The notes under the pieces: model-generated
Database searches by the model: none
Seen by the model: only the letters and a program-made list of their open reading frames with translations
Told to the model about the DNA's origin: nothing
Translations under genes and position numbers: made by a program
In this document: positions 1 to 11,250 of the stretch, one piece after another
Layout: every line of letters starts with the position of its first letter
Numbering within the stretch: position 1 is the first letter of the stretch
Origin: Octopus sinensis
Lineage: Eukaryota
Reading direction: 5' to 3'
Assembly (NCBI RefSeq): GCF_006345805.1
Contig: NW_021825106.1
Coordinates: forward strand, 1 to 16,693
Length of the DNA stretch: 16,693 nt

Positions 1-258
1 CGACGGGCAATAGACTCAGAAACATATGTCTTCAGGTGCCTTGTCCCGGCTTGCGGGGGTGATTGCCTCCCCCTTTGCAAATATAAGTACACAGAAAATA
101 TGTCAAAGCCGACAGGAGACGTCGATGTTTCCTAGGGCTAAATGGCGGTGGTGCAATTCCCATACGGGACTGTCACATTGAGTTGACGGTATACGACCAC
201 TATATCGCTTCACCACCGCTTATGTCTCTCTGAGACATTTAGAAATTCAATATTTCTA
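1..258 (+). mobile_element. Probable PLE/retrozyme-like 3' terminus, truncated by the window start
   Basis: Complex sequence with the 3' half of a hammerhead-like motif at 19-36, ending directly at a (TA)n tract, the same layout as the elements at 12444-12711 and 14222-14585. Confidence 0.4.
19..36 (+). ncRNA. 3' half of a minimal hammerhead-like motif (GAAAC-AUAU-GUC-uucagg)
   Basis: GAAA at 19-22, palindromic stem III ACAUAUGU (22-29), GUC triplet at 28-30. The CUGANGA half would lie upstream of the window. Confidence 0.35.
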
Positions 259-259
259 A

Positions 260-342
260 TTATATACATACACATATATACATATATATATATACATATA
301 TACATACATATATACATACGATATACATACAATATATATATA

Positions 343-380
<38 letters not shown>

Positions 381-702
381 TTATATATATATATATATAT
401 ACATATATACATATGTTCATACACATTCTTATAGAACACCTTTTGCTCCACACACACATACACGTGCACACTACTTATACATCAACCTGTATGCATTGCA
501 CACTTTATGCATTAACTACACCAGCAAACTAATAAATCAACATACAGAGACACGCACACATATAAACCATACATACACATACATGTACACACACTTACAC
601 AATACACACACACACACACCCACACCACACACATATATATAATATAATATATATATATATATAATATATATATAAAAACAAACGCACAGACACACACACA
701 CG
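260..702. repeat. Compound (TA)n/(CA)n/(TACA)n microsatellite
   Basis: Directly visible. Confidence 0.95.
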
Positions 703-840
703 AAGAAATTGTATGAAAAAGCAATTAGTGGACAGCAGACCGTGGATGGTGAGAGTCTGAGTCATGGAACCTTCCAGAAATATCGGTATGGGACTGGGGT
801 GTGGGCGTGTGGGTATTAATTTTGGGTGAAGACATTCAGT

Positions 841-1630
841 GATGGTGGTGGCGGTGGTGGTGGTGGTGGTGGTGGTAGTGCAGGTATTGATGGTATGGTT
901 GCAGTGAAGTGTCGAGGGTAATGGTGTAGTAGTAGTAGTTAGTAGTAGTAGTAGTAAGTAGTAGTAGTAGTAGTGGCATTGGTGGTGGTGGTGGTGGTGG
1001 TGGTGGTGATGGTGGTAGCAGTGGTGGTGGTGGTGGTGGTGTCGGATGGTTATTGAGTGCGGGTGAACGTCATCGTTATGGTGATGGTGGTTTGGTTATT
1101 GTGAAAATTCCTGAAGGAGCCAGGATTGAAATTGAATGACACGAGTTGATGAGCATGGCCGTGATGATGATGATGATGATGATGATGACCTTGGTGGTGG
1201 TTGTGACGAAGACGAAGACGACGAAGACGATGATCATGATCATGATGATCATGATGATGATGACTGTGATGATGATGATGAGGAGGAGGATGAGGATGAT
1301 GGTGATGATGATGGTGGTGGTGGTCACGATGATTATGACAATGATTATGAAGATGAAGATGGTAATCGTGATTGTGGTGGTGGCGGTGGTGGTTTATGTG
1401 ACGATGGTGATGAAGGTGGTAGTGGTGGTGATAATATTATAATGATGATGATGGTGACGATGAAGATGATGGTCGTGGTGGTGGTGGTGGTGGTGGTGGT
1501 GGTGGTGGTGGTGGTGTTGTGATGACGGTGATCAAGATGAGGAGGAGAAGGAGGATGTTCATATTGATGATGGTGATGATGCTGACGATGATGATGAACA
1601 GGAGGCGGAGGAAGAATAGGAGGAGGAAAT
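841..1630. repeat. Compound trinucleotide low-complexity tract (GGT/AGT/GAT/GGA)n
   Basis: Directly visible; source of the poly-D/G/M/V ORFs. Confidence 0.95.
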
Positions 1631-1683
1631 GTGGGAAGTTGAAAATGGTGGGAGGGAGTAAGACAATTGGGAGAAGAAGGATA

Positions 1684-1770
1684 CAGACAGGCAGACAGGC
1701 AGGCAAGCAGGCAGACAGACAAGCAGACAGAGAGTTTGAGAGAGAGAGAGGAAGAGATGGGGAGAGGGAA
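1684..1770. repeat. (GACA/GGCA)n and (GA)n simple repeat
   Basis: Directly visible. Confidence 0.85.
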
Positions 1771-2002
1771 CGAATATTGAAATTTTCACCAAAGTTGATT
1801 AAATTCGAAGTCACAAAAGTTGATGAAGCGATGAAACTGGCAATTGACTGCTTGGAGTGATGGAAAGAGTAACAGAGTGGAATTGTGGAAACGGTAATTT
1901 GTATGGTGTTGATGGTGGTATGTTTGGGTGGAATTGGAAAGTAGGGTGGTGTATGTGATGGTGACTTTGGTGGTGATAATTATGATGACAGGTGTGTTCG
2001 AA

Positions 2003-2395
2003 GACATTTCATCTTTTAGCACCTCCTTTATTTCCATAGAAGAGGTTTCTTATGTTAGCAGTGCTTTGCTGTCTTGGCAGAATATCTTTTTTTTTTTAAT
2101 CCGTTGTTTTGTGGGCAAAAAGGTATTTTTCTGTTAGAACCTCCTTTTTCTTCTTAGCAGACCTTTACTGTGTTAAAATAATTTTTTTTGTTAATAGATA
2201 TTTGTTTTATTGAGATAAAACGTTTGTGTTGGTAAGCTCTTAACCTTTTAGAAACACTTTTATGTTTCCATTATACTATTCTTGAGTTGATAGAACTTTT
2301 CTGTCATAGAAGAACTTTTTGTATTGAATGACATTTGCTCTGTTGGCACCTGCAATATTTTGGTAGAAATATTTTGCAATGTTAGCAAATCTTCG
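2003..2395. repeat. Highly degenerate ~18-22 bp tandem repeat (approx. TTTTYTGTTRGCAGAAC)
   Basis: Recurring T-run followed by gttagca/ttggcaga/ttgataga/ttggtaga/gttggca units. Confidence 0.4.
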
Positions 2396-2571
2396 TTCAG
2401 TCGGGACGTTTGGCGTAGGAGGGTTACATTGGTCCAGGCAAGTCGCCCGACCTGGATAAATGCATGAATGAAGAATTAATTACAACAACATTCTGTGTAA
2501 AAGAAATAAGTTGGAAACGGTAAATCTAGAATATACCACCACACAGTATTGCCAATATATTTCTTTGCCTA

Positions 2572-2765
2572 AGGCGGCGAGCCGGCAGGATCGTTAGAAT
2601 GTCTCACAAAATGCTCAGCAGTATTTCGTCCGGTTTGACTTCAAATTTCAAATTTACCATCCTTTCGAGGGCGATAAAATAAGTACCAGTCAAGTACAGG
2701 AGTTTGATATAATCCCCTTCCTCCTCTCCTCAAAAACTGCTGGCTCTGTGCCAAAATTTGAAACC
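2572..2765 (+). mobile_element. tRNA-derived SINE, family 'A' (GGCGGCGAGC head; ATCCTTTCG..GATAAAATAAGTACCAG central domain)
   Basis: Homologous to the minus-strand copy at 15055-15243. The central motif resembles the Nin-type SINE domain (from recall). Confidence 0.8.
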
Positions 2766-2899
2766 GGTATGTTTCTTTGACCTAACATTATGATGCTACG
2801 TCACCGAGGATGCAGCTTACCAATCTGAAAAGAAATAGCAGTCAAATTCCTTCATATCTCACCCGACCATTAAACAGAATAACGCTTTAGTTGATATGG

Positions 2900-3040
2900 G
2901 CCTATTTAGTGTTAGTAACCAAATTATGAATGGGGTCTTGAGTTCGATCTAACTGCGTAGCATCTTGAGCAAATGTCATTTTTTTATAGCCTCGAGTTGA
3001 CTTATTCCTTATGAATGACAGAAACTGTGCAGAACCCCGA
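2900..3040 (+). mobile_element. Degraded 5' half of SINE family 'B'
   Basis: gagttcgatctaactgcgtagcatcttgagcaaatgtc..tatagcctcgagttgac..cagaaactg aligns by eye with 11835-11945. Confidence 0.65.
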
Positions 3041-3217
3041 GGAGCAGATTTACCGGTAATTAATGCTGAGAAATACATTAAGGGTATATGGATGCCTGCG
3101 GAATACTCAGCCGCTTATATGTTGTTAATTTAAGGAGCAGATAATTCAGTTGATCAGACAACTTAATCCTCATTGTCGAGCGACGGAGACTCTTCACTCG
3201 AGTTACAGTTAAGAACA

Positions 3218-3363
3218 TAGAGTGGTCAGGGCTGGAACGCTCTTGGTCATAGATCGGCTTGATCAGGGATAGCCTACGGCCACACAACAACAACAGCAAC
3301 AACAGTAACAACAGCAACAACAACAACAACAACAGCGGCAGCAATAACAACAACAGCAACAAC
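3218..3363 (+). mobile_element. SINE-like 3' tail ending in (CAA)n (family 'D')
   Basis: tggtcagggctggaacgctcttggtcatagatcggcttgatcagg followed by (CAA)n; a diverged second copy lies at ~3505-3600. Confidence 0.55.
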
Positions 3364-3499
3364 ATGAACGAGCCAGTAATGAAGCCTCTACATACCTTCT
3401 GCTAGAAATAACAGATGAATCTGCCTCAAGACGCACCTTGCTATCTCATAGAAAGGGACGCGACGGGAAGTGTGGTCCTGCATAGACTGATTCGTAAAT

Positions 3500-3707
3500 C
3501 AAGGCGGGATGGTCGCGATTGCATTGTCTTTGGTCGAAAGCTTGTTCGATCAAGTAGACGACGACAGAAACAATAACTACAACACCAACCACAACAACTC
3601 TAACTGAAACCACCACCGCCGCCGCAACACCGCCGTCACCTCATACAACAACCACAATAACTACCACAACAACAACCACCATCACTAACACCACCACTAC
3701 AACAACT
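3500..3707 (+). repeat. Second diverged family 'D' tail plus (CAA/CCA)n tract
   Basis: ggatggtcgcgattgcattgtctttggtcgaaagcttgttcgatcaag resembles 3221-3270 and is followed by CAA/CCA repeats. Confidence 0.45.
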
Positions 3708-3708
3708 G

Positions 3709-3839
3709 GTACTCCGTCGGTTACGACGACGTGTATTCCAGTTGATCCGATCAACGGGACAGCCTTCTCGTGAAATCAATGTGCAAAGTGGCTGAGTACT
3801 CCACAGAAACATCTCGGGGAGATTCAGCGCGACACAGAA
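3709..3839 (+). mobile_element. Interspersed repeat family 'C' fragment
   Basis: actccgtcggttacgacgac (3711-3730) is the exact reverse complement of 15405-15424; ccagttgatccgat and cggggagattcag are also shared. Confidence 0.75.
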
Positions 3840-3869
3840 ATAGAAGTGCTCCTCATTTTTGCCATTTTT

Positions 3870-4100
3870 GTCTTAAAAACCATCAAGGAGAACAAATATA
3901 TATGGGCTGGCCACATCATGCGACTGAAGGACAACAGATGGACAATCAGGGTGATGGAATGAACACCAAGACCAGAGACAAGATGAAGACGCCGACAAAG
4001 ACAAGATGGCGAGATGAAGTCACCCGCTACCTGAGCTCTACATGGCCATGACGAGCCAGAGACAGACAACGGCGGAAGATTCCAGGGAGGGGGTCCTCCT
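3870..4100 (+). pseudogene. Decayed 3' end of an RTE-clade LINE ORF (post-RT C-terminal region)
   Basis: Translates as VLKTIKENKYIWAGHIMRLKDNRWTIRVME*TPR, then after a frameshift PTKTRWRDEV..STWP*RARDRQR. This matches the WAGH..R..DNRWT..W.PR..RP..RW.D..W...A.DR pattern of RTE C-termini; stops and a frameshift are present. Confidence 0.75.
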
Positions 4101-4134
4101 TCAGGCTCGATGAAGGCCCTTGGTTGGGTTGAGT

Positions 4135-4250
4135 TGCGTGGACTGGAGCAACGTGAAATAAAGTGTTTTGCTCAAGGACAGAACGTGCAGACAGGTATCG
4201 AACTCACGACCTACCGATCGTGTACCTCTTACCTCTTGCCACTTAGCCAC
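4135..4250 (-). mobile_element. tRNA-derived SINE head with a CORE/Meta-like motif
   Basis: Minus strand reads gtggctaagtgg (A box)..gagttcgatacc (B box)..tccttgagcaaaacacttta. Confidence 0.7.
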
Positions 4251-4371
4251 AAGCCTTCACTACCACCACCACCACAGCAACAACAACAATTGCTCACAGA
4301 AAGACGTGTGGAGATAATAATGAATTTGAACGTTGTTTGATGGAAGACCTTGGAGGTTGTTCCTTTGGGAT

Positions 4372-4630
4372 AGAAGATGAGGACGAGAGGTGGAATAAGA
4401 GGAGGAGGAGGAGGAGGAGAGGGCGGTGAAGGAGAATGAGGAAGAGGGGATGAGGAAGGGGGACGACTACGACAACGATGACGGCAACGAGGGGAAAACG
4501 AGAAGGGAAGAGCAAGAGGTGATAGAGCAAGAAGCGGGTGGTGGTGCAGGAGGAGGAGGAGGAGAGGAGACGAGGAGGGAGATAGGAAGGAGGAGGAGGA
4601 GGAAGAAGAATAAGAGGAGGAGGAGGAAAA
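4372..4630. repeat. Purine-rich (GGA/GAA)n low-complexity tract
   Basis: Directly visible. Confidence 0.9.
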
Positions 4631-4677
4631 TAAAGTGACTATAAAATGAAGGGTAACTGCGATGTTAGTGTTTGGAG

Positions 4678-4792
4678 CGAGAGCGAGAGACAGAGAGTGA
4701 CAGAGAGAGAGAGCGAGAGGAGACACTCATAACCGCACACACACGCACACATACACACATACACACACATGCACACACACACACACACACAC
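4678..4792. repeat. (GA)n/(CA)n microsatellite
   Basis: Directly visible. Confidence 0.9.
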
Positions 4793-5082
4793 AAGCATAA
4801 GGAGGGAGGCAGATCGATGAGTAAGAGCAAAAAAAAATACTAAACAAACCAACAAAATTAAATAAAGAAAACAAAACGAAAAGAAAATAAAGAAGAGGAA
4901 GTGAGGTGGGAGGAGAGAAAATTGCAATTGTCAATTCCCTTAAATGAAGTGTGTGGCCCCTTCACTGGTGGTGTCCCCTAAAACACGTTGGCGGTAAACT
5001 GATTAACGTTGGACGGCGATGGTCCCTTTACAAATTTAAAGGTGCTATCTTGCCGCAATGACTCCACAGAGAGATCAGCATG

Positions 5083-5092
5083 CGTTGTGTGT

Positions 5093-5154
<62 letters not shown>

Positions 5155-5179
5155 TGTATGTATGTATTATGTGTATATC

Positions 5180-5212
<33 letters not shown>

Positions 5213-5611
5213 CATATATGTTTGCATATATACATGTGTGTGTGCGTTTGTGTGTGTGTATATGTATATATGCGTATATACATTTATGAGTACATACATA
5301 TATACTGATATACTTATATATGCATGTATACACACGACACATGCACACACATACACACACAGATATATACATACATACATACATGCATACACACGTACAT
5401 ACATACATATATATGTATGCATACCTATATGTATGTGTATGTATATGGTTTATGTACTGCCCATGCATACTAATAAGAGAACTCTGTGTGTAGGGAGTAT
5501 ATATTCACACATATATGAATAGATCTAATATGTGTGTGCCCGCGCGAGTGTGTGCTCGCGCGAGCGTGTATATATATATATTCATGTATATATGTATGCA
5601 TGTATGATATA

Positions 5612-5659
<48 letters not shown>

Positions 5660-5859
5660 TAATATACATATATTACATAACTTGTAGGCTATATGTTGGA
5701 TATTAGGTATAGTATATATATACATATAAATATATGATGTATATATATATGTATGTATATATGTATATAGTATACATACTATATATATATATAGATATAT
5801 ATATATATATATCCATATTATTAGATGACAAAGCAAGAGGAATACAGGAATGTACATGC

Positions 5860-5902
<43 letters not shown>

Positions 5903-6038
5903 TATATATTTATATATATAATATATATATATGCATAAATATATAAATACATATATATATATGTGTGTGTGTGTATAGTAATTATCAGATGACAAAGCGA
6001 TATGTATATATATATATGTATGTGTATATATATATATT

Positions 6039-6084
<46 letters not shown>

Positions 6085-6153
6085 TAATATATATATATAT
6101 ATACATATATATAATATATACACACACTCACATGTACATATATATATATGTAG

Positions 6154-6191
<38 letters not shown>

Positions 6192-6200
6192 ACATATACT
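5083..6200. repeat. Large compound (TG)n/(TA)n/(TACA)n/(CA)n microsatellite block
   Basis: Directly visible, with short unique interruptions. Confidence 0.95.
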
Positions 6201-6409
6201 TGTATATTCTGCAGAAGTAGACGCCATTTCGCAGCTAATTGTTGCTTCTTTTTACCTTCTAAACCAGTAAACATGTCCTTTTTCTTCCAATAACAAACCC
6301 TAATGTAATGCGGTGGGAGGGAGTGGGGCATTGTGGTGACGGCGGCACCGGTGCGGAGGTTGAGATGGGAAAACAAAACTATTTGGAAATTACCATTGCT
6401 GTGGCTGTT

Positions 6410-6570
6410 ATCATCATCATCACCATTATTGTTATTATTGTTATTATTACTATTATTGTTGTTGATGTTATTGTCATTATTATTGTTGTTGATGTTGTTC
6501 TCCTCCTCCTTCTTCTTCTTCCTCTCCTTGTTCTTCTTCCTCTCCTTCTTCTTCTTCCACTTCTTCTTCC
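6410..6570. repeat. (TCA/TTA/TTG/CTT)n trinucleotide tract
   Basis: Directly visible. Confidence 0.9.
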
Positions 6571-6762
6571 TCCTGTGGTACTGTTTTCGTGTTTCGCTTC
6601 GCAACAAAGAATTTTGATCAAATTTTCCCTCCTCATCTCTCGTTGGCGATGCACGTTGAATCATAGGTCAGTCAGCGCGGGTAGGCAAAAACGTGCACAT
6701 GCGCATAAGTACATACGTTTCTCACTCATGTTTATGCATCCGTGTGCATGTACCTGTAAGTC

Positions 6763-6798
<36 letters not shown>

Positions 6799-7039
6799 GT
6801 GTGTGTGGTGCATGTGTGCATTCGTTTCCCCTAACTAGGGGAGTCGTTTGTTAATGAATGCAAACAGTTCAGCATTAGACTGGTCCACGGATAACCTGAT
6901 TGTTTGGTGAACTTAAATAAACATACACTCAAGAAATACTCCAGATATGTTAATGATAGAGTACCGCTCTAGATTAGATTAGATCTGTATGCTGAGGGAT
7001 AGAGAGAGGACAGAGAGCGAGAGATATTTAGAGAGATTA

Positions 7040-7478
<439 letters not shown>

Positions 7479-7740
7479 AGACTGATATATTTTTCCATAT
7501 TATTTATGCTACAAAGACATAGATGCCAACTGAAAGAGGAGAGCTCGTCAAAAGGCAATATTCTTAGACTAAGCTGTTTTCTTGAAGTTTCCTTTCTCTC
7601 TAAATGAAAATAGGAATTAACTTGGAATACAGAAAAGTAGCTTAGAATTGCAGAGAATATCGAAGAGAATGGAATTTTTAGATAAGTTTTAAATTTTTAA
7701 AAATAGAAACAAGTTTTTAAAGTAAGATTGAGATAAAAAT

Positions 7741-7749
7741 ATGCATGTG

Positions 7750-7780
<31 letters not shown>

Positions 7781-8110
7781 GTACTACAGAAATATGTATG
7801 AGTATATGGTGTGTGCATGTGTGTGTATGCGTGTATAAATGTACTGTATATATATATATATTTATTAATATGTTTTATATATATATCTTTGCCAATATGT
7901 GTGTGAGTGTAAGTGTATATATATATATATATATATATACGTATGTATGTATATATATATACATACGTATATATATATACGTATATATACCTCTATATAT
8001 ATGACAATATATATATAATATATATACATACGTATATATATATGTATACGTATATATACCTCTATATATATGACCATATATATATATATATATATATACG
8101 CATAGATACA
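7741..8110. repeat. (TA)n-rich microsatellite with an internal duplication (tacgtatatatacctctatatatatgac twice)
   Basis: Directly visible at ~7978-8004 and ~8047-8074. Confidence 0.9.
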
Positions 8111-8227
8111 TGTGAGTGTGGGGTGTACAGGGAAAGAAAGAGGGGATGAAAAGAGTTATAAGTCGTTATGCAACAATATTGTAAAATAACTTGATTTCAA
8201 TTGTAATATCCATTCAAATATACTTTA

Positions 8228-8228
<1 letters not shown>

Positions 8229-8267
<39 letters not shown>

Positions 8268-8275
8268 TAATAATA
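8229..8275. repeat. (TAA)n microsatellite
   Basis: Directly visible. Confidence 0.95.
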
Positions 8276-8621
8276 CATAAATGCGGAAATAAACTTTATA
8301 TACACATATTTTATATCGGAAATCTGTGTCTTTTATTCTACAAAATATTACAGAATAGTGTGCAGCCTGCTAAGCAAAAAAGAAATTTGCTTCAATATCT
8401 AATTCCATTGCGAAAACAATGGCGGAAAGAGTTCTGAATTGGATCCTCTGCTATCGAGTAGAAAGAATTTATATGTTTTGTAGGAAAGGGGAGAATACAA
8501 GTTGGATATATGTGTGTGTGTATGTATGTGAGAGAGAGAAAGAGAAGGGGAGGGCGAGAGAGAGCCTCGTTTTAGTGCTCAGTGATCAGGATGACGAATT
8601 TATCTCTCTCTCTCTCTCTCT

Positions 8622-8825
8622 CTTCTTTGCTAGTTTTAGGCATTGGACTGCAGCTATACTGTAGCACCACCTTGAAGGTTTTAATCGATCGAATCGACCG
8701 CTGCAATATTGTTCTTTGCTTGAGTTCGGTGCTTGCTTTTTATTTTGGGGTTTTTTCGGGGACGTAAGCAAACCAATCACGGGTGTTAAGCGGATGCAGG
8801 GGTGACAAAGACAAACACAGACACA
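8622..8825 (-). mobile_element. Degraded 3' half of SINE family 'B'
   Basis: gactgcagctatactgtagcaccaccttgaagg..aatcgacc..ggggacgtaagcaaacc..aagcgg is the reverse complement of the 12900-13075 pattern. Confidence 0.7.
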
Positions 8826-9719
8826 AGCTCACGTATGATACATATATATCTATAATACATCAAAAGTCAGAATGAATATTGCTTGTTTGCTTGTAATGTT
8901 ACTCAGCCAAACTGGCACATAATGGGAAAATACTATGATTTAAGTTACCCCTGAAATGTAAATACCAACAGAATGAAACAAATTTCGCGTAAATCGGATA
9001 AGTGGGTGAGAAGATATTAAACGTTTTCAGGGTATTAATACCCAAAACGGTGCATAATGGGAAAAGTCTCCGAAATTATCTTAATCCTGAAAAGGAAGTA
9101 ACTCTTACCTGTCTATTAAATAGTGAACTGACAACGAAAACATACGATTTGCTTTTTTACAGTAAATAATCATTTAGAAATATTTTTAAGTGAATGTGAT
9201 TTCAAAAATGTAAGTTGTTTGTACAGTAAGTATTTATATTTTAGCTTTCTTTAAACAGACAATATTTTAATATTTTTTTCTAATTATTTTCAAGTGAATA
9301 CCATTACAAAAATTTTCTAGGCATAAATATTTCGTAAAAGACCCGTTCGTAACCTCGGTGTAAAATAATTTTTTTTTCCATAGGTTTTTTTCGAGTTCAT
9401 TCAACGTATCTCACTTCAAAGACTTGACTGTTTTTTCTAGCATGCCATGCTACCACTAAACTGCTATTTGAGATAAAGGACCCGAAATAACTGTTACGTG
9501 GTAGCAGGGCGTGCAAGAAATAGCAGCCAAATCTTTCCTTTTCTGGGAAAGAAGCTGCTTACGCATGATTTCGATGACACATTCGTTGAACGTTTGCAAA
9601 ATAACCAGGAAAAGAAAAAAAACACGAAACAAAACTCCGCGCGCGCATGGATTATACTTACGTGTACACAAATGGTTGCGCACTCACACGTGAATCAGGT
9701 CACTGCTGGCGCCCTTGCC

Positions 9720-9975
9720 ACATTTGCTTCAAACCTCTTCCTTCCGGTTAATTCAACAGTTATTCTAGACGTTTTGGGGTGTTTCTTTTCTGTCTCTATT
9801 TTCTTGTCCTCTCTCCGTCTGTTTTTTTGTAATCATTCCTTTCTGTAGGAGAGCGTAGGCTCGAAACGTCAAGGACTTCTTTCATTCTTCCTGAGCGTCA
9901 ACCTAATAAACCTTGTTTGTTGTTTCCTCACCTTCTGCTGTCTTCTGTCTTTCGTTTTCTTGTACAGTTTTGAAC
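9720..9975 (+). mobile_element. Probable PLE pLTR/terminus remnant
   Basis: Pyrimidine-rich stretch containing a hammerhead-like motif (9838-9875) and ending ~100 nt later at a (CA)/(GA)/(TACA) microsatellite. The left boundary is uncertain. Confidence 0.5.
9838..9875 (+). ncRNA. Minimal type I hammerhead-like motif with a 1-nt core insertion
   Basis: CUG(U)AGGA at 9843-9850; stem II GAGC/GCUC with a GUAG loop; GAAA at 9863-9866; stem III ACGU; GUC at 9868-9870; stem I CUUU/AAGG. Confidence 0.5.
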
Positions 9976-9978
9976 AAA

Positions 9979-10125
9979 CACACACACTTACTCATAGATA
10001 GTAGATAGAGAGAGAGAGAGAGAAAGAGAGAGAGATACATGCATACATGCATACATGCATATATACATAAATACATGTATACATACAAACACACATACAT
10101 AAATACATACATATATACATACATG
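9979..10125. repeat. (CA)/(GA)/(TACA)n microsatellite
   Basis: Directly visible. Confidence 0.9.
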
Positions 10126-10299
10126 GTAGCTGCCTCCTCGTTATCGAGTATGGCCATTGCGCGAAGCTTAATCAATGTTGTTATCGTGCAATGTCTGTGC
10201 AAGAAGATTTTTTTAAGTGAGGAAAGGCTGTGCACTGAGTCAATCCCACTTACTTACAACAGCAGCCATAATCCGAAAAGAAGAACAAGTCAACATCAT

Positions 10300-10673
10300 C
10301 GGTAACCACTGAGCCGCAGGTTTAATGTCGGAGTTATCCCAGTTACCTGAGTTACCTTCTCCTAGAAGGATGATCTAACAAAGGCTTGGAGTCCTTCACT
10401 CCCAATGGTTTAACTGCAGGATCGGGTATTCAGTCCGATTATTTCTATGTTCCCGCGCATGATACAGCCTTAAGACATTTATTGGATGGCCGTTGACTCA
10501 CAAGAGTTCCTCCGCCTTTTGACGGGTTTTGTTTTTCATCCCGCAGGGTGTCCAATAAACACCCTCCTCACCAATCAAGCTTGGTGGGGTTGCCGGTTTA
10601 GTCGCCGACGACCCAACCATGCAACAGGTTGTACTGGGTTACATATTACCAGTAGCACTCGAAAGTAACCGGA
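10300..10673 (-). mobile_element. Probable 5' UTR remnant of an RTE-like LINE or derived element
   Basis: Minus strand has ctaggagaaggtaactc..tccgacattaaacc, resembling the 'tctaggagaaggaaaactc..aaacc' motif I recall from RTE 5' regions. No ORF. Confidence 0.4.
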
Positions 10674-10677
10674 CATA

Positions 10678-11085
10678 TCATACATACATACATAGATACA
10701 TACATACATAGATACATACATACATGCATGCATGCATACATACATGCATGCATGCATGCATACATACATACATGCATGCATGCATGCATACATACATACA
10801 TACATGCATGTGCATACATACTACATAATCCATACTACATACATACATGCATGCATGCATACATACATACTAAATAATACATACATGCATACATACATAC
10901 ATACATGCATACATACATACATACATACATACATACATGCATGCATACATACATACATCATACATACATACATACATACATACATGCATGCATGCATGCA
11001 TGCATACATACATACATACATACATACGTAAATACATACATACATAAATACATACATACATACATGCATGCATGCATGCATACAT

Positions 11086-11122
<37 letters not shown>

Positions 11123-11250
11123 TACATACATACATACATACATACATAAATACATACATACATACATAAATACATACATACATACATACATACATACATA
11201 CATACATACATACATACATACATACATACATACATACATACATACATACA
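10678..11250. repeat. (TACA)n/(TGCA)n tetranucleotide array
   Basis: Directly visible; source of the HTYI/MYVC ORFs. Confidence 0.95.

Noticed and set aside
1136-1522. Acidic D/E/G-rich 128-aa ORF as a possible exon
   Set aside because: Overlapping frames are equally open, and the tract grades into other triplet repeats. No splice or homology support is visible.
2760-2810. GAAACCGGTA palindrome and CCGAGGA as hammerhead parts
   Set aside because: Wrong order and no pairing stems; GAAACC is the SINE A end.
8914-9095. CATAATGGGAAAA twice (8918, 9053) and a CCCTGAAA inverted motif, as a possible MITE
   Set aside because: No clear terminal inverted repeats or target-site duplication could be defined.
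10593-10672. Type III hammerhead using CCGACGA (10605-10611) and GAAA (10661-10664)
   Set aside because: Stem II does not close, stem I is too short, and the core has U4 changed to C.
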